32,000 bases of DNA from Clostridiales bacterium (GTDB taxonomy: Bacteria > Bacillota > Clostridia > Christensenellales > Aristaeellaceae). A program made the translations under genes and the position numbers. Every line of letters begins with the position of its first letter. Position 1 is the first letter of the stretch. Below are positions 23,349-32,000 of the stretch, one piece after another. Under the pieces are notes generated by a model. The model had not been told where the DNA came from, made no database searches, and saw only the letters and a program-made list of their open reading frames with translations. The stretch lies in NCBI GenBank assembly GCA_004556155.1, contig SFIM01000013.1:18603-50602 (forward strand). Direction: 5' to 3'.

Positions 23349-24431
23349 ATGCGCTTTGCAGACTATGATATCACCCCCTCGCCCCTGCCCAACGACGGGC
23401 TGATGTTTGCCGATCTGGTTGCCAAAGGTCGCAGCGGGCACCTGGGGCACGCGCTGGTGGAGTACGCGCCGGGGTGCGTGCTGGCCTTTTATTCCAATTG
23501 CTCGGGCGTGCGCAACGACGGCCATAACGGCTTTGGCTGGATGGAATACCGCCGCTCCCTGGACGCGGGCCAGACCTGGGATGATCCCCGCCCGCTGCCC
23601 TTCTCGGTGGATACCTTTCTGGATGGGCTGTATACCGTCAGCTGTGAAAAGGCCGCCTGCGCGCCGGACGGCACGATTGTGCTGTTCGCCACCATGAACG
23701 ACAGCCGGGGCAAGTATTGGGGGCCATGGGTGGAGCCACGCTGGCTGGTCAGCCGCGACGGCGGCGACAGCTTTGCCGTGGCCGGGCAGTTTCCCTTCAA
23801 GGGGCGCATTTTTGACTGCGCCTGCCGCGACGGCATGATCTATGCGCTGGAATTTTGCAACGACGGCATAAACGGCGACGAGGGCTGCCTGCCCGAGCAT
23901 GTGTACCGGCTGTATCGCAGCGCGGACTGCGGGCGCAGCTTTGAGGAAGTGAGCGTGCTGCCCTTTGATACCCATGAAAAGGTGTACGGTACCATGGATT
24001 TTGCCCCGGACGGCGCGCTGATCGTATACATCTACGATAAGCTGGACGAAGGCCATCCGCCCTATACCATCAGCCGCGATGGAGGCAAAACCTGGTGCGC
24101 GCCCCGGCGGGCGGCGCTGGAAAAGCGCATCCGCAACCCGCAGCTGCGCTTTTACGATGGGTGGTTTCTGATGTACGGCCGCTCAGGCCACTATACCCCG
24201 CCGCAGAATTTTGTGCTCTATACCTCGCCCGACGGCGAAAACTGGGATGAGGGAACCTATATCTGCGAGCGCAAGGCGGGCAATTGCTTTTATTCCAACA
24301 GCGTGATCGTGCATACGCCCCAGGGCGGCACGCGGCTGCTGATTCAGGCCTCGGACGCGCTGTGGAAGCACCGCGCCAATGTGAAGCACTGGTGGCTGGA
24401 AAACCTGCGCCCGCATGAAGCGCGCGAATAA
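23349..24431 (+). CDS. BNR/Asp-box repeat (sialidase-fold) protein, no signal peptide
   Basis: Asp-boxes SLDAGQTW, SRDGGDSF, SADCGRSF, SRDGGKTW and SPDGENW. GGAGGG RBS precedes the ATG at 23349. Confidence 0.75.
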   Translation: MRFADYDITPSPLPNDGLMFADLVAKGRSGHLGHALVEYAPGCVLAFYSNCSGVRNDGHNGFGWMEYRRSLDAGQTWDDPRPLPFSVDTFLDGLYTVSCEKAACAPDGTIVLFATMNDSRGKYWGPWVEPRWLVSRDGGDSFAVAGQFPFKGRIFDCACRDGMIYALEFCNDGINGDEGCLPEHVYRLYRSADCGRSFEEVSVLPFDTHEKVYGTMDFAPDGALIVYIYDKLDEGHPPYTISRDGGKTWCAPRRAALEKRIRNPQLRFYDGWFLMYGRSGHYTPPQNFVLYTSPDGENWDEGTYICERKAGNCFYSNSVIVHTPQGGTRLLIQASDALWKHRANVKHWWLENLRPHEARE

Positions 24432-24639
24432 GCGCCGCCGGATTGTCACATCTGGCGCATAAAAGGACAGGGTCAGGTTAATTCAGGTTGCGGGAAAACG
24501 CAATGTGCGTCCTTTTTCCTGATCATGCCATTCAGTATAATAAATATGATATCGATACCGTGCAGCTTGAACATCGCATAACGCATCATTTATTATCTGC
24601 GTAAAATTCATCCCTGGAAAAACGAAAGGAGGAGCTTTC

Positions 24640-25581
24640 GTGCAGACGGATACGCCCCGCGTAATCAGGCCCCGCCGCAAATCTCCGCTGGTGCGGCTGG
24701 CGCAGTCCTGGCAATTGTATGTGCTGCTGCTGCCCGCCGTGGCCTATTTGATTATCTTCCATTATATTCCCCTGTACGGCGTGCAGATCGCCTTCCGCGA
24801 TTATCGCCCGCGCAACGGCTTTTTGGGCTCCACATGGGTGGGGCTGAAGCACTTTAAGTACTTCCTTCATTCCCCCCAGTTTCCCCAGCTGATGCGCAAC
24901 ACCGTGCTGCTGAGCCTGTATTCGCTGATTTTCACCTTCCCTTTGCCCATCCTGCTGGCTCTGCTGCTCAACGAGTGCGGCAGCGTCGGCTATAAAAAGT
25001 TTGTGCAGAACGTCACCTACGCCCCGCACTTTATCTCCACCGTGGTGCTGTGCGGCATGGTCATCGCCTTCACCGCGCCCGATACGGGCATCATCAACAG
25101 CCTGGTGGTGCTGCTGGGCGGCAAAAGCGTGGATTACATGACGCAGGAAAGCTCCTGGCGCGCCATCTATGTGATCTCCGACATCTGGAAAAACACCGGC
25201 TGGTCGTCCATCATCTATCTGGCCGCGCTGTCGGGCATCGACCCGCAGCTGCACGAATCGGCGCAGATTGACGGCGCAAGCCGCCTGCAGCGCGTGTGGC
25301 ACATTAACCTTCCCGGCATCCGGCAGACCATCATCCTGCTGTTCATCCTGGATTGCGGCAAGATCATGAGCGTGGGCTTTGAGAAGGCGTATCTGCTCCA
25401 GAACGCGCTTAACCTGCCGGTATCGGAGATCATCTCCACCTATGTGTACAAGACCGGCGTGCAGGGCGCCAAGTTCTCCTACACCACGGCCATCGGCCTG
25501 TTCAACTCGCTGGTTAACGTGATGATGCTGCTGATTGTCAACCGCATCTCCCGCGCGCTGAGCGATACCAGCCTGTTCTGA
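24640..25581 (+). CDS. carbohydrate ABC transporter permease (LplB-type)
   Basis: GTG start after AAAGGAGGA. LplB-like N-terminus (LLLPAVAYLIIFHYIPLYGVQIAFRDY) and EAA loop (LSGIDPQLHESAQIDGASRLQRVWHINLP). Confidence 0.9.
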   Translation: MQTDTPRVIRPRRKSPLVRLAQSWQLYVLLLPAVAYLIIFHYIPLYGVQIAFRDYRPRNGFLGSTWVGLKHFKYFLHSPQFPQLMRNTVLLSLYSLIFTFPLPILLALLLNECGSVGYKKFVQNVTYAPHFISTVVLCGMVIAFTAPDTGIINSLVVLLGGKSVDYMTQESSWRAIYVISDIWKNTGWSSIIYLAALSGIDPQLHESAQIDGASRLQRVWHINLPGIRQTIILLFILDCGKIMSVGFEKAYLLQNALNLPVSEIISTYVYKTGVQGAKFSYTTAIGLFNSLVNVMMLLIVNRISRALSDTSLF

Positions 25582-25596
25582 GAAGGGGGGAGGACA

Positions 25597-26520
25597 ATGA
25601 GCATTTCCGCGCGCAAGGCGAAGGGCACGCGCATCCGCGACAGCCGCGGCGACCGCGTGTTCACCGTCGTCAATTATATCATCCTCACCCTGTTTGGCCT
25701 GGCGGCGCTGTATCCGCTGATCTACGTGCTTTCCGCCTCCATCAGCGAGCCGCTGGCCGTCAACAGCGGCCGGATGAAGCTGTGGCCTGTGGGCTTTAAC
25801 ATCGAGGGCTACAAGTCCATCCTGTCCAACAAATGGATCCTGACCGGCTATGGCAACTCGCTGTTCTACACCGTGGTGGGCACGTTCCTGAACGTGCTGG
25901 TCACCTTCATGGCCAGCTATTCGCTTTCCCGCAAGGATATGTACGGCCACGGGCTGATCACCTTCTTTATGGTGTTCACCATGTGGTTTGGCGGCGGCCT
26001 GATCCCCACCTTCCTGGTGGTCAAAAAGCTGGGCCTGATCAACACCCGCATGGTATTGCTGCTGCTGGGCCTGGTGTCGGTGTATAACTGCATCATCTGC
26101 CGCTCCTTCATTTCCTCCTCCATTCCCTATGAATTGCAGGAGGCCGCGCGCATCGACGGCTGCAACGATTTCCAGATCGTCTGGCGCATCATCTTCCCCC
26201 TGTCCGGCCCCGTGCTGGCCATCCTGGCGCTGTACTACGCCCTGGGGCACTGGAACGGCTACTTCAACGCCCTGATGTACATTGAGGATCGCAACCTGCA
26301 GCCGCTGCAAATCTTCCTGCGCGAGATCCTGGTGCTAAACCAGAAGATCGACATGAACGCCGATATCGAGGAGCTGGAGGCCATGGTGGCGCGCGTGCAG
26401 ATGGCCCAGACGATGAAATATTCCCTGATCGTGGTGGCGTCCGTGCCCATGCTGATCATCTATCCCTTCGTGCAGAAGTTCTTCGTCAAGGGCGTAATGA
26501 TCGGCTCGGTCAAGGGCTAA
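25597..26520 (+). CDS. carbohydrate ABC transporter permease (LplC-type)
   Basis: Six-TM MalG-like protein with EAA loop (PYELQEAARIDGCNDFQIVWRIIFP). Confidence 0.9.
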   Translation: MSISARKAKGTRIRDSRGDRVFTVVNYIILTLFGLAALYPLIYVLSASISEPLAVNSGRMKLWPVGFNIEGYKSILSNKWILTGYGNSLFYTVVGTFLNVLVTFMASYSLSRKDMYGHGLITFFMVFTMWFGGGLIPTFLVVKKLGLINTRMVLLLLGLVSVYNCIICRSFISSSIPYELQEAARIDGCNDFQIVWRIIFPLSGPVLAILALYYALGHWNGYFNALMYIEDRNLQPLQIFLREILVLNQKIDMNADIEELEAMVARVQMAQTMKYSLIVVASVPMLIIYPFVQKFFVKGVMIGSVKG

Positions 26521-26571
26521 GGCAAAACATTCGGGGCAAGTCCCCTGAATAAAAACAAGGAGGTTTCACCC

Positions 26572-28185
26572 ATGAAAAGACTATTGGCTTTGCTTCTGGC
26601 GGCAATCCTCACGCTGTCCTGCTGCTCCGTCGTGCTGGCGGAGGAAGCGGCGGCGCAGGACGTCGTCACGGTTGAACTGGCGCTGGCCGCCAAGGTAGAT
26701 CACGGCGACTGGAACGATTTCTGGTGCCTGGATCTGATTGAAAAGGAATGCGGCATCCGCTTCCATGTTACCCAGTACAGCGAGGACGCCTGGGCTGAAA
26801 AGAAGGGCACCATGTTCGCGCTGGATACCTATCCCGAGGTGTTCCTCAACGACCTGAACGATATCGATCTGGCCAACTACGGCACGCAGGGCTACCTGCT
26901 GCCGCTGGAGGATTACATCACCCCCGAAAACATGCCCAACGTGTTCAAAGTGATGGAAGAAGGCTATCCGGATATCCTCAAGGGCATGACCTTCCCTGAC
27001 GGCCACATCTACTCCTTCCGCGGCGTAAACGGCTCCACCCGCGAGTACGCGCTGTCCCGCTACTTCGTCAACGTCTCCTGGGCCGAAAAGCTGAACGTGA
27101 AGGTTCCCGAAAACCTGGAAGAGTTCTATACCTATCTGTGCGCCGTGCGCGACGGCGACCCGAACGGCAACGGCGATACCACCGACGAGTTCCCCATCAG
27201 CGGCCGTTACGGCAAGGATAGCTATACCGACCACTTCATCCCGATTCTGGTGGCCTTCGGCTTCCTGGATCGCCGCGTGCAGGCCAACGACGACGGCGCC
27301 GTCATGTACGTTCCCGTGCAGGAAAACTACAAGGAATTCCTCAAGTACATGAACCGCCTGTGGTCCGAAAACCTGATCGACCCCGGCTATTTCAGCCAGA
27401 CCAAGGAGCAGTTCAACGCCAAGGAAGCCTCCGGTCTGATCGGCTCCTTCACCAACCACGCGCAGTGGATGAACAACTCCGACCCCGAATTCTACCTGCA
27501 GTATGAATCCGTGGATCCCTACACCAGCGAGTTCAACAGCGTCAAGATGTGGCCCGCCAAGGACGCCATCTTCTACGGCGGCCTGACCATCACCGATAAG
27601 CTGGCCGACAAGCCCGAGGTTATCGAGCGCCTGATCAAGTTCTGCGATTGGTGCTACTCCGATTACGGCACTGAGATGCTGTGGCGCGGCCCCATGCTGG
27701 GCACCAACGAGGAATGGCCCAACACCGGCTGGTACTTTGTGCCCTTCTCCCTGGATAACCTGGATTACCTGGTGCGCAAGTATCTGTATCCTACCGATCT
27801 GTATAAGAGCAACGGCGCTTTCCAGACCGATAAGATCAAGCCCGGCAACAACTACTGGCCCTATGCCACCATCGCCTCCCGCGATGACAACGCCAACCCC
27901 ACCAGCACCAGCTATAACCTGACCCAGAACATCGTTACCCACATGGCGCCCTACTACAAGGTTGGCTTCCCCGCCACCCTCAAGTACACCCCCGAAGAGG
28001 CCGAGGAGCTGAGCCTGCTGGAGCTGGATCTGGATACCTACATCGCCACCATGGAATCCAAGATGATCCGCGGCGACCTGAAGATCGACGAGACCTGGGA
28101 TGAGTTTGTCAAGGGCTGCGAAAGCCGCAACCTGGGCCGCTACCTGGAAATCGTGCAGGCTGCCTACGACCGCTACGCCAAATAA
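26572..28185 (+). CDS. extracellular solute-binding lipoprotein (LplA-type)
   Basis: Signal peptide with lipobox LTLS-C (Cys17). The large ~540-aa SBP is typical of LplABC oligosaccharide importers. Confidence 0.9.
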   Translation: MKRLLALLLAAILTLSCCSVVLAEEAAAQDVVTVELALAAKVDHGDWNDFWCLDLIEKECGIRFHVTQYSEDAWAEKKGTMFALDTYPEVFLNDLNDIDLANYGTQGYLLPLEDYITPENMPNVFKVMEEGYPDILKGMTFPDGHIYSFRGVNGSTREYALSRYFVNVSWAEKLNVKVPENLEEFYTYLCAVRDGDPNGNGDTTDEFPISGRYGKDSYTDHFIPILVAFGFLDRRVQANDDGAVMYVPVQENYKEFLKYMNRLWSENLIDPGYFSQTKEQFNAKEASGLIGSFTNHAQWMNNSDPEFYLQYESVDPYTSEFNSVKMWPAKDAIFYGGLTITDKLADKPEVIERLIKFCDWCYSDYGTEMLWRGPMLGTNEEWPNTGWYFVPFSLDNLDYLVRKYLYPTDLYKSNGAFQTDKIKPGNNYWPYATIASRDDNANPTSTSYNLTQNIVTHMAPYYKVGFPATLKYTPEEAEELSLLELDLDTYIATMESKMIRGDLKIDETWDEFVKGCESRNLGRYLEIVQAAYDRYAK

Positions 28186-28207
28186 TCAATCGCAATGCCC
28201 ATTTGCG

Positions 28208-28238
28208 CGCCGGGAGAAGCTTCTCCCGGCGTTTTTTT
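28208..28238 (+). terminator. intrinsic terminator
   Basis: Perfect 24-nt palindrome CGCCGGGAGAAGCTTCTCCCGGCG followed by T7. Confidence 0.85.
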
Positions 28239-28268
28239 CGCAGATAAAATATAGCTGATTTTTATTGC

Positions 28269-28298
28269 TTGACATTCTTCGAGCCCTTGTGCTATAAT
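28269..28298 (+). promoter_or_regulatory. sigma-A promoter of the metK leader
   Basis: TTGACA (28269-28274), 18-nt spacer, TGC-TATAAT (28290-28298). Confidence 0.7.
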
Positions 28299-28317
28299 AT
28301 CTGCCGACAATTGAATA

Positions 28318-28418
28318 CCTTATCAAGAGTGGCGGAGGGAACGGCCCGATGATGCCCGGCAACCGGCGCAAGGCGTGCGGTGCTAATTCCGGCGGCGCGA
28401 TTGCGCCGGCAGATAAGG
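28318..28418 (+). promoter_or_regulatory. SAM-I (S-box) riboswitch aptamer
   Basis: CCTTATCAAGAGTGGCGGAGGGAACGGCCCGATGATGCCCGGCAACC...GGTGCTAATTCC...AGATAAGG matches the S-box consensus. The P1 helix is CCTTATC/GATAAGG. It lies upstream of metK. Confidence 0.92.
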
Positions 28419-28438
28419 CGTAAAGGAAACACCATCTC

Positions 28439-28474
28439 AAACCGCTTGTCTGCAAGGACCAGCGGTTTTCTTTT
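28439..28474 (+). terminator. riboswitch expression-platform terminator
   Basis: AAACCGCU...AGCGGUUU followed by UCUUUU, between the aptamer and the metK start. Confidence 0.8.
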
Positions 28475-28502
28475 ACGCATGGATACAGAAAGGACAGACA
28501 GA

Positions 28503-29660
28503 ATGAGAAAGCTCTTTACCTCTGAAAGCGTGACCGAAGGACATCCCGACAAGGTGTGCGACCAGATTTCCGACGCCATCCTGGACGAAATGCTGCGCCA
28601 GGATCCCGCCGCCCGCGTGGCCTGCGAGTGCTGCGCCACCACCGGCCTGGTGATGATCATGGGCGAAATCACCGCCAACGGCGAGTGCAACATGGAAAAG
28701 ATCGCCCGCCAGGTGATTCGCGATATCGGCTATAACGACCCCGCGCTGGGCTTCGATGCGGATTCCTGCGCCGTCATCACCGCCGTGCATGGCCAGAGCC
28801 CCGATATCTCCCAGGGCGTTACTGCCACTGCCGATCATGAGCAGGGCGCGGGCGACCAGGGCATGATGTTTGGCTTTGCCTGCAATGAAACCGAGGAAAT
28901 GACCCCCATGGCGCTGGCACTGTCCCAGCGGCTGACCCGCCGCATGGCCCAGGTGCGCAAGGACGGCACCCTGCCCTGGATGCGTCCGGACGGCAAGGCG
29001 CAGGTGACCGTCGCCTATGAGGACGGCGTGCCCGTGGCCGTGGACGCGGTGGTGATCTCCACCCAGCATGACGAAACCGTCAGCCAGCAGGAGATCGCCC
29101 GCGCCATGCGCGAGGAAGTGATCGATCAGGTGATCCCGGCGCGGCTGCTGCACAAGGACACCCGCTATTATATCAACCCCACCGGCCGCTTTGTGCTGGG
29201 CGGGCCTGCGGGCGACAGCGGCCTGACCGGGCGCAAGATCATTGTGGATACCTACGGCGGCTACTGCCCCCACGGCGGCGGCGCCTTCAGCGGCAAGGAT
29301 CCCAGCAAGGTGGATCGCAGCGCGGCCTACGCCGCCCGCCATGCCGCCAAGAACCTGGTGGCCGCCGGCCTGTGCGATCGCTGCCAGATCGCCGTATCCT
29401 ATGCCATCGGCGTGGCGCGCCCCGTCAGCCTGACGGTGGATACCTTCGGCACCGGCAAGCTGCCCGAGGATGTGCTGGCCAGGCTGGTGGACAAGGTGTT
29501 TGATATGCGTCCCGCCGCCATCATCGACCGGCTGGATCTGCGCCGCCCCATCTACCGCGCCACCGCCGCCTACGGGCACTTCGGCCGCACGGACGTGGAT
29601 CTGCCCTGGGAGCGTCTGGATATGGTGGACGCCCTGCGCGCCGAGGCCGCCGCGCTGTAA
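28503..29660 (+). CDS. metK: S-adenosylmethionine synthetase
   Basis: [28 protein letters not shown] is the canonical MetK N-terminus. [10 protein letters not shown] and [16 protein letters not shown] are also present. Confidence 0.96.
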   Translation: MRKLFTSESVTEGHPDKVCDQISDAILDEMLRQDPAARVACECCATTGLVMIMGEITANGECNMEKIARQVIRDIGYNDPALGFDADSCAVITAVHGQSPDISQGVTATADHEQGAGDQGMMFGFACNETEEMTPMALALSQRLTRRMAQVRKDGTLPWMRPDGKAQVTVAYEDGVPVAVDAVVISTQHDETVSQQEIARAMREEVIDQVIPARLLHKDTRYYINPTGRFVLGGPAGDSGLTGRKIIVDTYGGYCPHGGGAFSGKDPSKVDRSAAYAARHAAKNLVAAGLCDRCQIAVSYAIGVARPVSLTVDTFGTGKLPEDVLARLVDKVFDMRPAAIIDRLDLRRPIYRATAAYGHFGRTDVDLPWERLDMVDALRAEAAAL

Positions 29661-29693
29661 GCGAGCGATAAAGGGGACAAGCAAATAACTGAT

Positions 29694-29731
29694 GCGGGAA
29701 ACGGCGGCGCTGTTTCCCGCTCTTTTCTTTT
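29694..29731 (+). terminator. intrinsic terminator after metK
   Basis: GCGGGAAAC...GUUUCCCGC followed by UCUUUUCUUUU. Confidence 0.8.
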
Positions 29732-29848
29732 ATTTATAATTTTCCGATGAAAGCGTATTGATTTGCTCCCATATCCTGCCCTTGCGCGCGGTGCGGCGTT
29801 CGGTGTATACTGTTGGGGTATTCTTTCCGCAAAGGAGCATGATAAACA

Positions 29849-30397
29849 ATGGTAACAAAAAAATCCCTCTCCGCGCTGAAGATGGCTTATATTTCGCTGG
29901 GCGCGGTGCTTATTGCCCTGTGCTCGTGGATCAGCGTGCCGGCGACCGTGCCCTTTACGCTGCAAACCTTTGCCGTGCTGCTGGTGTGCGATCTGCTGGG
30001 CGGGCGCTGGGGGCTGGTATCGGTGCTGCTGTATCTGCTGCTGGGCGCGGTGGGCTTTCCGGTGTTTTCGGGCTTTTCCGGAGGGCTGGGACATCTGCTG
30101 GGCATGACGGGCGGCTACATTCTGGGCTTTGTGCTCTCCGCCCTGGTGATGGCGCTGATGCAGCGGCTGCTGCCGCGGCGGCGCGTGTTTACGCTGCTTA
30201 GCATGGCGCTGGGCCTGCTGGCCTGCTATGCCGCGGGCTCTGTATGGTTTATGCGGGTATATACCCAGACCAAGGGCGCTATCTCGCTGGGCGCGGTGCT
30301 GAGCATCTGTGTGGTGCCCTACCTGATCCCCGATGCGATCAAGATTGTGCTGGCCTGCCTGATCTCCGAGCGGCTGCGCGCCGCGCTGCACCTGTAA
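29849..30397 (+). CDS. bioY: biotin transporter BioY (ECF S component)
   Basis: PFTLQTFAVLL...GLGHLLGMTGGYILGF is the BioY signature. The protein is ~180 aa with 5-6 TM helices. Confidence 0.9.
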   Translation: MVTKKSLSALKMAYISLGAVLIALCSWISVPATVPFTLQTFAVLLVCDLLGGRWGLVSVLLYLLLGAVGFPVFSGFSGGLGHLLGMTGGYILGFVLSALVMALMQRLLPRRRVFTLLSMALGLLACYAAGSVWFMRVYTQTKGAISLGAVLSICVVPYLIPDAIKIVLACLISERLRAALHL

Positions 30398-30412
30398 AAG
30401 GAGGCGTTATTC

Positions 30413-31363
30413 ATGAAAATCGCGCTGCTTGAGCCCTTGAACGTAAGCGAAGAAATGCTGCGGGAGATGGCCGCGCCCGTGCTGGAGCGCGGGCATGAGC
30501 TGACCGTATATGATACCAAGGCGGATTCCCCGCAGGAGGTGATCCGCCGCGCGCAGGGCATGGACGCGGTGATCATCGCCAACACGCCCTTTCCCGCCGA
30601 GGCGGTGACGGAAAATCCCGCGCTCAAGTACATCGACGTGGCCTTTACGGGCGTGGATCATGTGCCCATGGAGGCTTGCCGCGCGCGCGGCGTGCTGGTG
30701 AGCAACGCGGCCAACTATTCCAATCAAAGCGTGGCCGAGCTGACGGTGGGCATGGCCATTGCACTGCTGCGCAGGCTGCCTGATTGCGACGCCGCGGTGC
30801 GCGCGCATCAGGGCAGCGCGGGGCTGATCGGCCGCGAGATTGCCGAGCGCACGGTGGGCATCGTGGGGCTGGGGCGCATCGGGCTGCGCGTGGCGCGGCT
30901 GATGCTGGCCTTCGGCGCGCGGGTGGTGGCCTATGATCCCAAGCCCATGGAGCAGGCGCGCCAGTTAGGCGTGCAGTATGCCTCGCTGTGCGAGGTGCTG
31001 GAAAGCAGCGACATCGTTACCCTGCATGCGCCCGCCTGCGCGCAGACGCATAAAATGATCGGCGAAGCTGAGCTTGCCCAGATGAAGCCCGGCGCGCTGT
31101 TTATCAACTGCGCCCGCGGCGCGCTGGTGGATTCGCAGGCGCTGTGCGACGCGCTGCGTAGCGGCCATCTGGCTGGCGCGGCGGTGGATGTGTATGATCG
31201 AGAGCCGCCGCTGGACGACAGCGAGCCCCTGCTGCACGCGCCCAACATCATCCTGACCCCGCACATCGCCTTTGCCAGCGAGGAAAGCATGCTGCGCCGC
31301 GCGCGGATTGTATTCCAAAATCTCTATGCCTGGCTGGACGGCGAACCGATAAATCTGTGCTGA
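30413..31363 (+). CDS. D-isomer-specific 2-hydroxyacid dehydrogenase (NAD-binding)
   Basis: Rossmann motif GIVGLGRIGLRVA, catalytic-region sequences INCARG and TPHIAF, and a PGDH/GyaR-like overall layout. Confidence 0.88.
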   Translation: MKIALLEPLNVSEEMLREMAAPVLERGHELTVYDTKADSPQEVIRRAQGMDAVIIANTPFPAEAVTENPALKYIDVAFTGVDHVPMEACRARGVLVSNAANYSNQSVAELTVGMAIALLRRLPDCDAAVRAHQGSAGLIGREIAERTVGIVGLGRIGLRVARLMLAFGARVVAYDPKPMEQARQLGVQYASLCEVLESSDIVTLHAPACAQTHKMIGEAELAQMKPGALFINCARGALVDSQALCDALRSGHLAGAAVDVYDREPPLDDSEPLLHAPNIILTPHIAFASEESMLRRARIVFQNLYAWLDGEPINLC

Positions 31364-31374
31364 CGCTATGAAAC

Positions 31375-31422
31375 AACGCGCTGCTTTTCAACAGAAAGGC
31401 AGCGCGTTTAAATTTCTTTTTT
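31375..31422 (+). terminator. intrinsic terminator
   Basis: AACGCGCUGC...GCAGCGCGUU followed by UAAAUUUCUUUUUU. Confidence 0.75.
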
Positions 31423-31445
31423 GACTATATCACCCTTAAAAGGTG

Positions 31446-31474
31446 TTGATGATATTGTTTCCTTATGTTATGCT
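31446..31474 (+). promoter_or_regulatory. possible promoter of the small-ORF unit
   Basis: TTGATG (31446-31451), 17-nt spacer, TGT-TATGCT (31466-31474). Confidence 0.4.
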
Positions 31475-31569
31475 ATTGCCGTGCTTACGGGAAACCGACG
31501 GCACGGGGATGCGGATAGGCTAACACGCTACCAACCGCGCGGACAGCGCAGGAAGGGAGGTGAAAGCCT

Positions 31570-31698
31570 ATGCGTGCAAAAGAAACGGAGACGATCACGA
31601 TCCGGCAGACAATTACATTGACTGTCAAGATCGAGAGAACGTCGGAAAACGAAGAAAGCACCACGATGCCAGAAATCATCGTAGTGCTCAAGCGCTAA
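31570..31698 (+). CDS. 42-aa Thr/Ile-rich small protein (hypothetical)
   Basis: Strong RBS GGGAGGTG (31555-31562) 7 nt before the ATG. The product is MRAKETETITIRQTITLTVKIERTSENEESTTMPEIIVVLKR. It is too short for the supplied ORF track. Confidence 0.4.
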   Translation: MRAKETETITIRQTITLTVKIERTSENEESTTMPEIIVVLKR

Positions 31699-31798
31699 GG
31701 CTCCAACCACAAAGCCTTCCGCATCCCTATCATATCACATAAGGCCAGCGCAGTCAATGGAAAGAGAACGAAAAAATGGATATGGATTCATCAAGCAG

Positions 31799-31823
31799 GG
31801 CTGTCTCGGACAGCCGCTTTTTT
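31799..31823 (+). terminator. intrinsic terminator (+ strand) overlapping the stop of the convergent gene
   Basis: GGCUGUC-UCG-GACAGCC followed by GC and U6. Confidence 0.65.
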
Positions 31824-32000
31824 AATACTTGTGATCCTTGCGCAGGTAGATCTTCTGGCTGTCGTCCAGCTGGGTGTCAAAGCTGATGTACTCGCCGGCA
31901 AAGAACATGGCCTTGATGATCTCATAGCGGTCGTGCGTGCGCCAGCCGCCCTCGGTGGGGTACTTGGTGGTAAAGTTGTAGGCTTCCAGCGTGTCGCCCT
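31822..32000 (-). CDS. 3' end of an unidentified CDS running off the window
   Basis: Hand translation of the minus strand gives ...GDTLEAYNFTTKYPTEGGWRTHDRYEIIKAMFFAGEYISFDTQLDDSQKIYLRKDHKY, then the stop (TAA at 31822-31824). Composition is protein-like. Confidence 0.5.
   Translation of the reverse strand, partial: GDTLEAYNFTTKYPTEGGWRTHDRYEIIKAMFFAGEYISFDTQLDDSQKIYLRKDHKY

Noticed and set aside
24586-26310. 574-aa minus-strand ORF
   Set aside because: It is antisense to the two ABC permease genes. It has the same shadow-ORF composition (runs of Q, H, G, A, D) and no recognisable domain.
26581-29684. Minus-strand ORFs 26581-27942 (453 aa) and 28473-29684 (403 aa)
   Set aside because: They are antisense to the solute-binding protein and metK genes respectively. 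Both have Gly/Ala/His/Val-rich shadow-frame composition.
29782-29811. Promoter or BirA operator upstream of bioY (TTGCGC-18-TATACT)
   Set aside because: The hexamers are only moderate and I could not see a convincing BirA-type inverted repeat, so it is too weak to list as a feature.
31570-31698. Thr/Ile leader peptide for transcription attenuation
   Set aside because: There are no amino-acid biosynthesis genes downstream; the next gene is convergent. The unit also has its own terminator ~100 nt after the stop.
31757-31825. 22-codon ORF MERERKNGYGFIKQGCLGQPLF
   Set aside because: It has no RBS, and it overlaps the terminator hairpin.

Overview
High-GC segment of an endospore-forming Clostridia-type chromosome; this assignment is an inference from spoIIGA-sigE-sigG, RNase Y and composition. 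From left to right: (1) the end or remnant of a prophage-like region, with a beta-helix-like structural protein, a TcdE/phage_holin_4_1 holin with no adjacent endolysin, and a small HTH gene overlapping a DUF1492/sigma-region-4-like gene. (2) An XRE-membrane regulator plus an HD hydrolase. (3) A double zinc-ribbon gene behind a ~240-nt structured leader. (4) yebC. (5) A low-GC single-gene nucleotidyltransferase islet. (6) sigG, sigE, spoIIGA. (7) rny. (8) tRNA-Trp. (9) Two small unknown genes. (10) A ~10.6-kb minus-strand L-rhamnose block: HpcH aldolase-luxS | AraC-rhaA-rhaD | MBL hydrolase-GH78 rhamnosidase-rhaB. (11) A divergent BNR protein plus an LplABC-type sugar ABC importer. (12) SAM-I riboswitch-metK, bioY, a 2-hydroxyacid dehydrogenase, a stand-alone 42-codon ORF and a partial convergent CDS. 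No rRNA, CRISPR array, transposase or reverse transcriptase is visible. The most unusual signal is a family of hairpin-dense, nested-palindromic, modular intergenic elements present three times (7131-7799, 17626-17868, 21056-21898). Each lies between two co-directional minus-strand genes: A and B start at the upstream stop codon, C ~45 nt after it behind a terminator-like hairpin. B and C run to the RBS of the next gene and A to the sigG promoter. Each has ACG-purine tandem-repeat termini, a 27-29-bp palindrome that covaries between copies, and a conserved three-way-junction-like core. I cannot assign it to any family I know. It resembles BOX/ERIC/Correia-type or MITE-like elements in logic but not in sequence.
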